DNA of 64,000 bases from Thermoanaerobaculia bacterium. GTDB taxonomy: Bacteria; Acidobacteriota; Thermoanaerobaculia; Gp7-AA8. This document shows positions 28,341 through 37,533 of the stretch, piece by piece (within the stretch, counting starts at the first letter, position 1; each line of letters starts with the position of its first letter). The stretch covers positions 3,472-67,471 of the forward strand of contig DATIZY010000017.1 in the NCBI GenBank assembly GCA_035516895.1, in the 5' to 3' direction. The notes beneath the pieces are model-generated. The model saw only the letters and a program-made list of their open reading frames with translations, was not told the DNA's origin and did no database searches. The translations under genes were made by a program, and so were the position numbers.

Positions 28341-29177
28341 ATGAGAGTGGCGTACCAGGGCGAAGCAGGCGCATTCAGTGAATCGGCGGCACGGCGGATC
28401 CTCGGCGGCGACATCGTCGGCGTGCCCTGCCATTCGTTCGAGCGGATGTTTGCCGCGGTCGGCGACGGCGACGCCGACTGCTGCGTCGCGCCGATCGAGA
28501 ACAGCCTCGCCGGCTCGATCCATCGCAACTACGATCTCCTGCTCGAATCGCAGCTGACGATCGCCGGCGAAACGAGCATGCGCATCGTGCACAACCTCAT
28601 CGCGCCGCCCGATGCCGCGCTCGATCGCATCCGCCGCGTCTACTCGCACCCGGTCGCGCTCGCGCAATGCGCGCGCTTTTTCACGACGCACCCCCATCTC
28701 GAAGCCGTGCCGGTGCACGACACCGCGGGCGGGGTGCGGATGGTGATGGACCGCCGCCGCGACGATGAAGGCGCAATCGCGTCGGCCACCGCCGCGGAGA
28801 TTTACGGCGGACGGGTCCTGCTCGAGAGCATCGAGGATAACGCGCAGAACTACACGCGATTTTTTCTGCTGACGGCGGCCGATCGCGCGCGCGACGTCGT
28901 TCTGCGCGAGACACCGCGGCGCTGGAAGACGTCGATCGTCTTTCGCGTCGCGAACAAACCCGGCGCGCTGTTTCGCGCCCTCGGCGCCTTTGCAATCTTC
29001 GAAATCGATTTGTCGAAGATCGAGTCGCGGCCGGTCGCCGGACGGCCGTGGGAGTACGCCTTCTATCTCGATCTCGCGGGCAAGTCGGATGACGCACAAG
29101 TGTCGCGCGCGCTCGACAACCTCATCGGGATGGCCGAAATGGTCCGCATCCTCGGCTCCTATCCCACGCGCTGGTGA
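28341..29177 (+). CDS. pheA: Prephenate dehydratase (monofunctional, with C-terminal ACT domain)
   Basis: RVAYQGEAGAFSE N-terminus, TRF (FLL) and ESRP motifs (IESRPVAGRPWEYAFYLD), ACT domain region, strong RBS. 278 aa. Confidence 0.85.
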   Translation: MRVAYQGEAGAFSESAARRILGGDIVGVPCHSFERMFAAVGDGDADCCVAPIENSLAGSIHRNYDLLLESQLTIAGETSMRIVHNLIAPPDAALDRIRRVYSHPVALAQCARFFTTHPHLEAVPVHDTAGGVRMVMDRRRDDEGAIASATAAEIYGGRVLLESIEDNAQNYTRFFLLTAADRARDVVLRETPRRWKTSIVFRVANKPGALFRALGAFAIFEIDLSKIESRPVAGRPWEYAFYLDLAGKSDDAQVSRALDNLIGMAEMVRILGSYPTRW

Positions 29178-29252
29178 AGGATCGCGAAACGTGATTTGGA
29201 TCACCTTCGCAATGGAATTCTTGTAGAATCCTTTGCCTCGGAGGCTTTTCGA

Positions 29253-31070
29253 ATGCGTTTTCGCCCACAGCTAATTTTTGCAATTGCTATTTTTGCAACT
29301 TCAGCATTTGCAAATGATGTCTATCTTGCCATCGGCGGCAGCGTCGGTTCGTTCCGCACGGACACGAGAATCTTCAATCCCTCGTCGACGAAAGACATTC
29401 AGATCCAGGCGTACTTGCTTCCCACCGGCAACGTTGACAACACCGGCGTGCAGCCGACGTCGATGACCGTACCGAAGCGCTCGATGCTCGAATACGACGA
29501 CGTCGTGAGCTCGCTCTTCGGTACGACCGGTCTCGGAGGCATTCGCTTCAGCTCGTCCGATGACTTCGTCGCCACGCAGCGCGTGTACTCGAGCGCGTCG
29601 GATGGAAGTACGAACGGCCAGTTCGTGGCTGGCGTCGACGGCGCGAACGCGCTCACGAACGGCGTCATCATCCAGATGAAGTCGAACGGATCGCCCGGGC
29701 AGGCGCGCACGTTCCGCACGAATCTCGGCCTTGTCAATCCGAACACGACCGCCGCCAACGTCACCTGGCGCGTCTACGACAAGGACAACAACCAGGTTGG
29801 TCAGTCGTTCACGCAGAAGGTCGCGCCACTCGGCGTCGTGCAGCCGTTGCCCATCAGCGCGTTCCAGAATACCGGGACGCCGTCCGCCGACCTGAGCGAC
29901 ACGTGGATCAGCTTCACCTCCGACCAGCCGGTGATCGCGTACGGTTCGGTCATTGACAACCTGAACAACGCCGGTACGTACATCGCTGCGGCCCCGGATG
30001 TCGCGAGCTCCACTCCGACAGCCATCGACCTCAGCATCGGCGGCAGCGTCGGCGCGTTCCGCACCGACATGCGAATCTTCAATCCGTCGACGCAGCCCAT
30101 TCAGATTCAGGCCTATCTTCTGCCGATCGGCAACGTTGACAACTCCGGCGTCCAGCCGAAGACCATCACCGTTCCGGCGCGTTCGATGGCGGTCTACGAC
30201 GATGTCGTGAGCTCGCTCTTCGGCGCATCCGGACTCGGCGGCATTCGTTTGAGCGCATCTTCGAATTTCATCGCCACGCAGCGCGTCTATTCGACCGCGG
30301 CCGATGGCAGCACGAACGGACAGTTCGTCGCCGGCGTCGACGAAACGGCTGCGATGAAAAACGGCGTCGTCATTCAGATGAAGTCGAACGGCTCACAGGG
30401 TCAGGCGCGCACGTTCCGCACGAACATCGGAGTGGTGAATCCGACCACCAGCGCGGCGAACGTGACGTGGCGCGTCTACGACAAGAACAACAATCTCGTC
30501 GGCCAGCCGTTCACGCAGACGATGCCGCCGCTCGCGGTCATCGGACCGTCGGCGATCTCCGCGTTCCAGGCTCCCGGATCGCCCTCGGCGGACCTCAGCG
30601 ACACGTGGGTGACGTTCTCCTCCGATCAGCCGATCCTCGCGTACGGCTCCGTCATCGACAATCTGAACAATGCGGGAACGTATGTCGCAGGAGCGTCCGA
30701 CAGCGGCGGGATCGCGGCGGGGCCGCCGGCTCCGCAGGGGAAGTCGTACAACGTCACGGAACGGAGCTTCTCGATCACGATCAGCCCGTCGATTCTTCCC
30801 GAGGATCTGAAGCCGGGCGCTGTGGTGACGCTGCACATCTCGGTCAGAGACTCCGATCACGGCTTCGAGCTGATCGATCCGAACGGCGAGGTGTTGATCG
30901 GCCCGGTGATCTTCAACCCCGGCGACGAGATCGACGAGACGTTCACCGTCACCGCGAACGGGACGTACACGTACTTCTGCACGAATCCCAGCTGTGGTAC
31001 TGGTCACTACAGCATGGCCGGCACATTCGACGTCGGCTCATCGTCGGACGGCACAGGCCCGCACTACTGA
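29253..31070 (+). CDS. Secreted protein with internally duplicated ~235-aa domain and C-terminal cupredoxin-like domain
   Basis: Signal peptide MRFRPQLIFAIAIFATSAFA. Two near-identical halves (AIGGSVGSFRTDTRIFNPS... / SIGGSVGAFRTDMRIFNPS...). C-terminus HGFELIDPNGE...YTYFCTNPSCGTGHYSMAGTFDV offers His/Cys/His/Met as candidate type-1 Cu ligands. Confidence 0.6.
   Translation: MRFRPQLIFAIAIFATSAFANDVYLAIGGSVGSFRTDTRIFNPSSTKDIQIQAYLLPTGNVDNTGVQPTSMTVPKRSMLEYDDVVSSLFGTTGLGGIRFSSSDDFVATQRVYSSASDGSTNGQFVAGVDGANALTNGVIIQMKSNGSPGQARTFRTNLGLVNPNTTAANVTWRVYDKDNNQVGQSFTQKVAPLGVVQPLPISAFQNTGTPSADLSDTWISFTSDQPVIAYGSVIDNLNNAGTYIAAAPDVASSTPTAIDLSIGGSVGAFRTDMRIFNPSTQPIQIQAYLLPIGNVDNSGVQPKTITVPARSMAVYDDVVSSLFGASGLGGIRLSASSNFIATQRVYSTAADGSTNGQFVAGVDETAAMKNGVVIQMKSNGSQGQARTFRTNIGVVNPTTSAANVTWRVYDKNNNLVGQPFTQTMPPLAVIGPSAISAFQAPGSPSADLSDTWVTFSSDQPILAYGSVIDNLNNAGTYVAGASDSGGIAAGPPAPQGKSYNVTERSFSITISPSILPEDLKPGAVVTLHISVRDSDHGFELIDPNGEVLIGPVIFNPGDEIDETFTVTANGTYTYFCTNPSCGTGHYSMAGTFDVGSSSDGTGPHY
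29300..30700. repeat. Intragenic tandem duplication (~700 bp x2) encoding the two homologous domains
   Basis: The protein halves are ~60-70% identical with conserved blocks in the same order, which implies a DNA-level tandem duplication. Confidence 0.6.
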
Positions 31071-31166
31071 TCGTGCGGGCGGGCGGCGGGGCGGGTTTGC
31101 GGAGTGTGCCTGCCCTTGGGCCCGGCAACAGTCAGCCTCGAGGTTGACGCGCGCCGGTCTGAACTG

Positions 31167-31203
31167 AGGGCGGGCACGCCACGCCCGCCGCCCGCTCTTT
31201 CTG
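31167..31203 (+). terminator. Possible intrinsic terminator: GC-rich hairpin GGGCGGGC-acgccac-GCCCGCC followed by a weak T-rich tract
   Basis: Read directly from the sequence, ~100 nt after the stop of the duplicated-domain gene. The T tract is interrupted (TCTTTCT). Confidence 0.3.
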
Positions 31204-31238
31204 CTAATCTGTTCCATGCGCAGAACGTGGCGGGTGTG

Positions 31239-33716
31239 ATGGAGCTGTTGCATTTCGCAAAGAGCCGGCGCGGCGGAGAGCTGATCGGAATCGTCGTTCT
31301 CGCCGCCGGGATCAGCCTCGCCGCGGCCATCCTCACGTACCACCCGAACGATTCCTCCGCGTTCTACACCTCCACGAACACCACGATCTCGAACGCCATC
31401 GGCTACTACGGCGCGAGCGTCGCGTGGATCTTCGTCGGATTCTTCGGTTTCGGCAGCCTGCTCTTCCCGCTGTCGCTGCTCATCATCGGATGGCAGAAGT
31501 TCGTCGGACAAGAGCTCGAGTACCTGCAGACGAAGCTGATCGGATTCGTCACGCTCGTCGTCTCCGTCCCGCCGATGCTGCATTTGCTTTTCGGCAGCGT
31601 TTGGGTCCGCGGCGCGCTCCTCGCCGCCGGCGGCTACCTCGGACAGGAAATCGAGCGCACCGCAACCGCGAATCTCAATCGCCCCGGCGCGGCGATTCTC
31701 TTCGCCACGCTGATTCTCGTCGGCCTGTTGCTCGCGACGCGCATGAGCCTCGCGGCGACGTTAGGCGCGCTGCAGAAGAAGATCGTCGAAGGGCTGCGCG
31801 CGCTGTCGCTGCAGTGGGCCCGCCTGACGGAGCGCCGGCGCAAGGAGAAAATGAAGGAGGCCGTCGTGCGCAAGCACGCGCTTCGCCTCGTCGAGCCGGA
31901 CGAGATGCCGGCCGCGGCCCCGGAGAGCGGGCCCGTCGTGCGCGAGGTGAAAGGCGCCGGCCGATTTCAGATCCGCAAAGTGACGAAAGCCGATCTGCGG
32001 AAAGCCGCGGAAGCGCTTCAGGAAAATCCCGATCCGTTTTCGCTGTACGGCGGCGAAGGTGCAGCGACGGGCCTCAGCCCGTCGAACGGCGCCCTCAATG
32101 CCGCCGCCTCCAGCGACCGCGAAGAAATCGAAGAGCAATTCGAGGAGCCGCTGTTTCTCAGACCGAAGCCGCCGATTCCGCGGCCCGCGCCGAAGCGAGA
32201 GGCGAAACCGGCGAAGCGGGAGATGCGCTCGTGGAGCGATCAGCTGCCGTCGGTCGGTCTCCTGACCGCCGGACCGCAGCAGGACCAGATCAACGAGGAA
32301 GTCCACAGGAAGTTTCTCGAGATCGGGCATCTGATCGAGGAGAAGTGCCGCGAGTTTTCGGTCGACGGCGAGGTGACCGCCTACCATCCCGGTCCCGTCG
32401 TCACGACGTTCGAGTTCAAACCCTCCGCCGGCGTGAAGTACGCGAAGGTCGTGAATCTCGGCGACGACCTGGCGATGGCGCTCAAAGCGGAGTCGATCCG
32501 CATCGAGCGCATCTCCGGATCGTCGACGGTCGGCATCGAAGTTCCGAACCGCAAGCGCGACCGCATCATGCTGCGCGACGTCATCGATCACGAGAGCTTC
32601 GCGAACTCGACGACGCTCCTCACGCTCGCACTCGGCAAAGACATTCACGGCGAGCCGATCGTCACGGACCTCGCCCGCATGCCGCATCTGCTCGTCGCCG
32701 GCGCGACCGGCTCCGGCAAATCGGTCGGCCTCAACTCCATGATCGTCTCGCTGCTCTACAAAGCGCTGCCGCGGCAGCTCCGCATGCTGATGATCGATCC
32801 GAAGATGGTCGAGCTGAAGATCTACGAGGACATCCCGCATCTGCTGCATCCGATCGTCACCGATCCGAAGCTCGCATCGAATGCGCTCATCTGGGCGGTC
32901 GCCGAGATGGAGAATCGCTATCGCACGCTCGCCGAATGCGGCGTGCGCAACATCGATCAGTACAACGCTCTGCTCAAGGACCCCGAGGCGCATCGCCGCG
33001 CGCGCAAGGCGGCGCCGGACGATCCGACGCCGACTCCCGAGCCGATGCAGTACATCGTGATCATCATCGACGAGTTCGCGGATCTGATGATGGTCGCGCC
33101 GAAAGACGTCGAGGATTCGGTCACCCGGCTCGCGCAAAAGGCGCGTGCGGTCGGCATTCATCTGATCGTCGCGACGCAGCGGCCGTCGGTCGACGTCATC
33201 ACCGGCGTGATCAAAGCGAATTTCCCGTCGCGCATCGCCTATCAGGTCGCGTCGAAAGTGGACTCGCGCACCATCCTCGACACGCAGGGCGCCGAAAAGC
33301 TCCTCGGCTCGGGCGACATGCTGTTCCTTCCGCCGGGCACCGCGCGCATTCGCCGCATCCATGGCGCGTACGTTTCGGAGAAAGAGATCAACGACATCGT
33401 CGATTTCGTGAAGAAGAATCAGGGCGAGCCGAAGTTCCTCGAAGAGATCACGAGAGTCGCGGAAGAAAAGACCGCGGCCGACGGAATCGAATACCTCGAC
33501 GATCCGAAGTACGACGACGCCGTTCGCGTGGTGCTCTCGACCGGACAGGCTTCGGCGTCCTATCTGCAGCGCCGCATGAAGCTCGGCTACTCGCGCGCCG
33601 CGCGCCTGATCGAGATCATGGAAGCGAACCGCATCGTCGGGCCGTCGCAGGGTTCGAAGCCGCGCGAGATCCTGATCCGCGCCGAGGATTACCCGCCGGC
33701 GAGCGGACAGCTGTAG
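31239..33716 (+). CDS. ftsK: DNA translocase FtsK/SpoIIIE
   Basis: N-terminal transmembrane helices, a Pro/charged linker, Walker A LLVAGATGSGKSVGLN and Walker B IIIDEFADLM, and a C-terminal gamma (winged-helix) domain SYLQRRMKLGYSRAARLIEIME. Confidence 0.9.
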   Translation: MELLHFAKSRRGGELIGIVVLAAGISLAAAILTYHPNDSSAFYTSTNTTISNAIGYYGASVAWIFVGFFGFGSLLFPLSLLIIGWQKFVGQELEYLQTKLIGFVTLVVSVPPMLHLLFGSVWVRGALLAAGGYLGQEIERTATANLNRPGAAILFATLILVGLLLATRMSLAATLGALQKKIVEGLRALSLQWARLTERRRKEKMKEAVVRKHALRLVEPDEMPAAAPESGPVVREVKGAGRFQIRKVTKADLRKAAEALQENPDPFSLYGGEGAATGLSPSNGALNAAASSDREEIEEQFEEPLFLRPKPPIPRPAPKREAKPAKREMRSWSDQLPSVGLLTAGPQQDQINEEVHRKFLEIGHLIEEKCREFSVDGEVTAYHPGPVVTTFEFKPSAGVKYAKVVNLGDDLAMALKAESIRIERISGSSTVGIEVPNRKRDRIMLRDVIDHESFANSTTLLTLALGKDIHGEPIVTDLARMPHLLVAGATGSGKSVGLNSMIVSLLYKALPRQLRMLMIDPKMVELKIYEDIPHLLHPIVTDPKLASNALIWAVAEMENRYRTLAECGVRNIDQYNALLKDPEAHRRARKAAPDDPTPTPEPMQYIVIIIDEFADLMMVAPKDVEDSVTRLAQKARAVGIHLIVATQRPSVDVITGVIKANFPSRIAYQVASKVDSRTILDTQGAEKLLGSGDMLFLPPGTARIRRIHGAYVSEKEINDIVDFVKKNQGEPKFLEEITRVAEEKTAADGIEYLDDPKYDDAVRVVLSTGQASASYLQRRMKLGYSRAARLIEIMEANRIVGPSQGSKPREILIRAEDYPPASGQL

Positions 33717-33812
33717 GGCGGCCCGACCGGGCACCGCGTCGTTCCCGAGACCCGAAGTTCGTGCACGCGGCGCCGTTTGCAGGGTGGTGCTAACCTTCTC
33801 GCGTCAGTTTCC

Positions 33813-34523
33813 ATGATCCACCGGTACGAGAGCGCGCCGCAGCCACATCTAATCATCGAGGAAATCTTGCCGGCCGACGTTTATGCGTCGCTTCGATTTC
33901 CCGACCACCTGATCGCCGATGGTGAGGCCTGGGGCATTACGGCGAGCGATGACGCGTACGCGAAGGTGCTCGAGGACCCGGGGTGGCGCGCGCTGCACGA
34001 TCATTTGTGCGGGGAACAGTTCGTGATGGAAGTCCTGCGCGCATTCGCCGTGGACATGCAGCGCGAACGCTGCCTCGTCGATGCCCGCCGCGCGCGGCTG
34101 GTCCCTTTCAGCGAATCGCGCGCGGAGAAGGCGATGCGCACGCTTTCGGATCCCGCCGACCCGAACGAGATCTTCACGCGTCTCGATTTCCAGTCGAAGA
34201 AAGCGGGGGGCTACCGTGATTTCGTCCATCTCGACTGGGCACGGCGGATCACCGGCGGCATACTTTTTTTCTCCGATGCTGCCGAAGAAGACCTCGAAGG
34301 TGGCGAGCTCGCGTTCTATCGAGACCGCGATTTCCGTAATGATCGCTGGTGCCACGACCCGGAGCTCGTCACGCAATATGCTCCGCGGGCGAACAGCGGT
34401 GTGATTTTCCTCAACACCAACGGCGCGTTTCACGGCCCGCGGCCCATCGTGCGTTTGCGCGGACGCCGCCGGTGGCTGTACTACGCGATTTCCAGCCGCA
34501 TCGACGTCTGGCCGCACGACTGA
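33813..34523 (+). CDS. Putative 2OG-Fe(II) oxygenase-like protein (hypothetical)
   Basis: Candidate H-x-D...H triad (VHLDWAR ... AFHGP) within a double-stranded beta-helix-like pattern. Its stop overlaps the start of the downstream glycosyltransferase (TGATG). Confidence 0.4.
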   Translation: MIHRYESAPQPHLIIEEILPADVYASLRFPDHLIADGEAWGITASDDAYAKVLEDPGWRALHDHLCGEQFVMEVLRAFAVDMQRERCLVDARRARLVPFSESRAEKAMRTLSDPADPNEIFTRLDFQSKKAGGYRDFVHLDWARRITGGILFFSDAAEEDLEGGELAFYRDRDFRNDRWCHDPELVTQYAPRANSGVIFLNTNGAFHGPRPIVRLRGRRRWLYYAISSRIDVWPHD

Positions 34524-35656
34524 TGAACGTTCTTCTCGTCTGGAACGGGCCCGACAGCGACGAGGAGCGATCCGTGCTCGCGCGGCGCGAGATCGACTTT
34601 CTCCACCGCCTCCGCGAGCTGCATGTCGACGCATCGGTTGCACTCTTCGGAGATCGCGGAGGGCTCGCCGCCGATCTCAAAGCCGCCGGCATATCCACCT
34701 TCGTGCTGCCGACTGCGCTGCCGCCGGCCGCGCAATCGGTGACGCGCCTTCCCTTCGCCGCGGCCGGGCTGCGGAGACTCGTGAGGCGGCTTCGGCCCGA
34801 CGTGATCGAGGCGACGGAGCCGATGCCCGCGATCGCGGCGGGACTCGCGACCGTGGGACTTCGAGCATCCCGGGCGGTGATCTATCGCCGCCAGCACGCC
34901 GGCGGAAGGATGCGAGTGCGGCTTGCCGGCCGCGTCGCGGCGGGGCTCAATCACCGGACAATCGTCTCGTGCGAGGCGATGCGGGCACTCGCGTGCACCG
35001 ACGACCGATCGCGTGCCGCTCTCGTCGACATCGCGACGACAGGGTCAACGGTGCCCGCGGACGTCGATCCGGGCGACGTCGCCGCGGCGCGGCGCGCCCT
35101 CGGCATCGATGACGCCGCGCACGTCGTCGGCAGCATCGCGCAACTTCGGCATGAGAAAGGGATCGATGTGCTGATCCGCTGCCTCGAGCACATCGCTCTC
35201 GACGACGTGCATCTGGTGATCGCCGGCTGCGGACCGGAGGAGCGGAATCTTCGGCGGATCGCCGCGGCACAGCGCGTCCCGGTGCACTTTCTCGGGCATC
35301 GATCGGATATCTCCCTCTGGCTGCGGGCCGCGGACGTGATCGCCATTCCGAGCCGGCGGCAATCGGTCGGCCGCCTGACGCTCGAGGCAATGGCCGTCGG
35401 GAAACCTGTCGTCGCGTCGCGCGTGGGCGGCTTGCCGGAGGCGCTGATCGACGGCCAGAGCGGACTGCTCGTTGCGGCCGAGGATGAGGTAGCGCTCGCG
35501 GGGGCGTTGCGCGAAGTCCTCAGCGACCGGGCGCTTGCGACGCGACTGGGCGCCGGCGCGCACGAACGCTGGCGCTCGCGCTATACGATGGCACACATGG
35601 CCGCGTCCCGTGTCGCCGTGTGGCGGCGCGCTCTCGCCGCTCGGGAGAGAACGTGA
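34523..35656 (+). CDS. GT family 1 glycosyltransferase (GT4-type, GT-B fold)
   Basis: N-terminal MNVLLVWNGPDSD, C-terminal EAMAVGKPVVASRVGGLPE (the E-x7-E motif region) and QSGLLV. 377 aa. Confidence 0.8.
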   Translation: MNVLLVWNGPDSDEERSVLARREIDFLHRLRELHVDASVALFGDRGGLAADLKAAGISTFVLPTALPPAAQSVTRLPFAAAGLRRLVRRLRPDVIEATEPMPAIAAGLATVGLRASRAVIYRRQHAGGRMRVRLAGRVAAGLNHRTIVSCEAMRALACTDDRSRAALVDIATTGSTVPADVDPGDVAAARRALGIDDAAHVVGSIAQLRHEKGIDVLIRCLEHIALDDVHLVIAGCGPEERNLRRIAAAQRVPVHFLGHRSDISLWLRAADVIAIPSRRQSVGRLTLEAMAVGKPVVASRVGGLPEALIDGQSGLLVAAEDEVALAGALREVLSDRALATRLGAGAHERWRSRYTMAHMAASRVAVWRRALAARERT

Positions 35657-36723
35657 TCACGCTCTTCTGCGTTCGTCCGCGCGGCCTGAACGTCGGCAAC
35701 GATACGATCTTCGTCGGCCTTCGCCATCTGCTGCGCGGCGCGTTCGACGATCTCGTGAACATCGTTCAGATCGAGGCTGCCGGCGGCGCTCCGGGCGAGA
35801 GCGGGCTCGAAGCGCGCACGATTCACGAGATGAACCTGTACGGTCACGGCGTTGTGGTAGGCGGTGGCAATCTGTACGAGAACGGTCAGCTGCGCGTTGA
35901 TCCGAACGCCCTTCGGGCGCTTCGTCCTCCGCTGATGCTCTTCAGTTTGTCCTACGGCCGCGTCTACGACAGCCGCCACGAGCTCGTCCGGCGCACCGAC
36001 GCGATGCCGGAGCCGCTGGTCATCGAGCTGCACCGGCAGGCTGCGATCTCGGTCGCACGCGACGAAGCGACGCTCGCGTATCTCCGCTCCCTCTCGTTCG
36101 ACCGTCCGATCCTCGGCGGATGTCCGTCGCTGCTCGTGAACGACATTGACATTCCGGCGGCATCGTCTCCCGGCTGTCTTCTGGCAATCCGTCATCCCGC
36201 GCTCATGAGCGTGCCGCTCCGCGACCAGACACGGCTGCACGCCACGCTCGTCAATCTCATCAACGCACTGGAGGCGGACGGATTCGGCCCGGTTCGCATC
36301 CTCTGTCACGACACGCGCGACGTCGCGTTTGCGGCGTCGCTCGCCGACATCGAGTACGTCCTCGCGGACGACGTCTACGCGCAGCTGGCGATGCTGCGGG
36401 CAGCGCGTCTCGTGGTCACGTTCCGCCTCCACGCTTTTCTTCCATGCGTCAGCTTCGGGACGCCCGCGATCAATCTCAGCTACGACGAGCGGTCGATGAG
36501 CCTCGTGCGAACGATCGGCATGGAAAGCTGGGACATCGATCTGATTCGCAGCGGCGACGTCGTGGCCGAAGTCCGCAAACGATGTGCGAGGCTCGAGGAC
36601 TACGCAGCGATTCGAGACGCGACGGCGCAGCGGCGCAGCGAGCTCGCCGCGACGATGCGCGCGCAGATGGCCGAGTTCGCAGGCCTCGTCAGGGACTACG
36701 CGTCACTCCAGCCATCCCGATAA
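35653..36723 (+). CDS. Polysaccharide pyruvyl transferase family protein (CsaB/WcaK-like)
   Basis: N-terminal GLNVGNDTIFVGL (the G-x-N-x-GD/N motif of the PS_pyruv_trans family), length ~356 aa. GTG start overlaps the glycosyltransferase stop (GTGA). Confidence 0.65.
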   Translation: MITLFCVRPRGLNVGNDTIFVGLRHLLRGAFDDLVNIVQIEAAGGAPGESGLEARTIHEMNLYGHGVVVGGGNLYENGQLRVDPNALRALRPPLMLFSLSYGRVYDSRHELVRRTDAMPEPLVIELHRQAAISVARDEATLAYLRSLSFDRPILGGCPSLLVNDIDIPAASSPGCLLAIRHPALMSVPLRDQTRLHATLVNLINALEADGFGPVRILCHDTRDVAFAASLADIEYVLADDVYAQLAMLRAARLVVTFRLHAFLPCVSFGTPAINLSYDERSMSLVRTIGMESWDIDLIRSGDVVAEVRKRCARLEDYAAIRDATAQRRSELAATMRAQMAEFAGLVRDYASLQPSR

Positions 36724-37533
36724 ATCGCGTCCGATCAGCCGGCCGGTTGCGACGATGTCGTCGCGGTAAATGCCGATCAGGTGATTGCGAACCTCCGGGT
36801 CGATCCGCGGCGCCGGCCGGTACGTCCGGGCCAGGAGCGCTTCGATCATCCCCGTTCCCCGCCAGCGCCGCGGCACGAGCGATTGCAGCGCGACGACCGA
36901 CGGCCAGAGAACGCGGTTGAGCGCCCTCGAACGCGGGATGGCGGCCGCGTTGTGTCGTCGTGAAGGATCGATCGGAACGTCGGGATCGACACCGAGAAAC
37001 GCGAACAGCGATCGAAGGGCGATGCGAGGCCCGGACGCGAAATCGTCGTAGAGCATGACGTGAATCCGATCGCGCGCGAACCGATCGAAGTAGCGCTGCA
37101 GCCGGGGAAAGTAAAAGCCCCGTTCGCGGCAGGGCCGGCCGGGCGCCGTGGCCTCCTCGAAGCTTCCGTGCTCACGCAAAATTCGCGTCAAGCCGAGGTA
37201 GTCGGACCAGGCGCGGTCCGCGGGATTTCGAAGGCAAACGACGATCCGGACATCGGGCAGATCGCGACGGATGCGCTCCGCGGCGGTCGCGCTGTCGAGG
37301 TAGTTCGGTGAAATCTCGCCGATCGCGGTTTGATTCGTCACGCCATCGAAGAGCCGCTCGTAGTCGGCGAGCGCTTGTGCAGTCTCGCGGCCGTGCTCTC
37401 GCGCTTCGGTCCAGAAGAAGTTTGTCTCCTTGACCGGCGTCAGGTAGATCGCGGGATGCTGTCGAAGGTAGTGGTGCAGCGAGGTCGTGCCCGCCTTCGC
37501 CGCGCCGATGACGAGAAAATTCGGCCGCGTCAC
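36703..37533 (-). CDS. Sulfotransferase-family protein
   Basis: 5'-PSB motif PNFLVIGAAKAGTTSL (PxxxxGxxKxGTT) and 3'-PB motif VCLRNPADRAWSDY (RNPxDRxxS). GTG start overlaps the flippase stop (GTGA). Confidence 0.7.
   Translation of the reverse strand: MTRPNFLVIGAAKAGTTSLHHYLRQHPAIYLTPVKETNFFWTEAREHGRETAQALADYERLFDGVTNQTAIGEISPNYLDSATAAERIRRDLPDVRIVVCLRNPADRAWSDYLGLTRILREHGSFEEATAPGRPCRERGFYFPRLQRYFDRFARDRIHVMLYDDFASGPRIALRSLFAFLGVDPDVPIDPSRRHNAAAIPRSRALNRVLWPSVVALQSLVPRRWRGTGMIEALLARTYRPAPRIDPEVRNHLIGIYRDDIVATGRLIGRDLSGWLE

Noticed and set aside
31761-33734. 657-aa minus-strand ORF antisense to ftsK
   Set aside because: A shadow ORF. FtsK Walker motifs and the gamma domain are on the plus strand.
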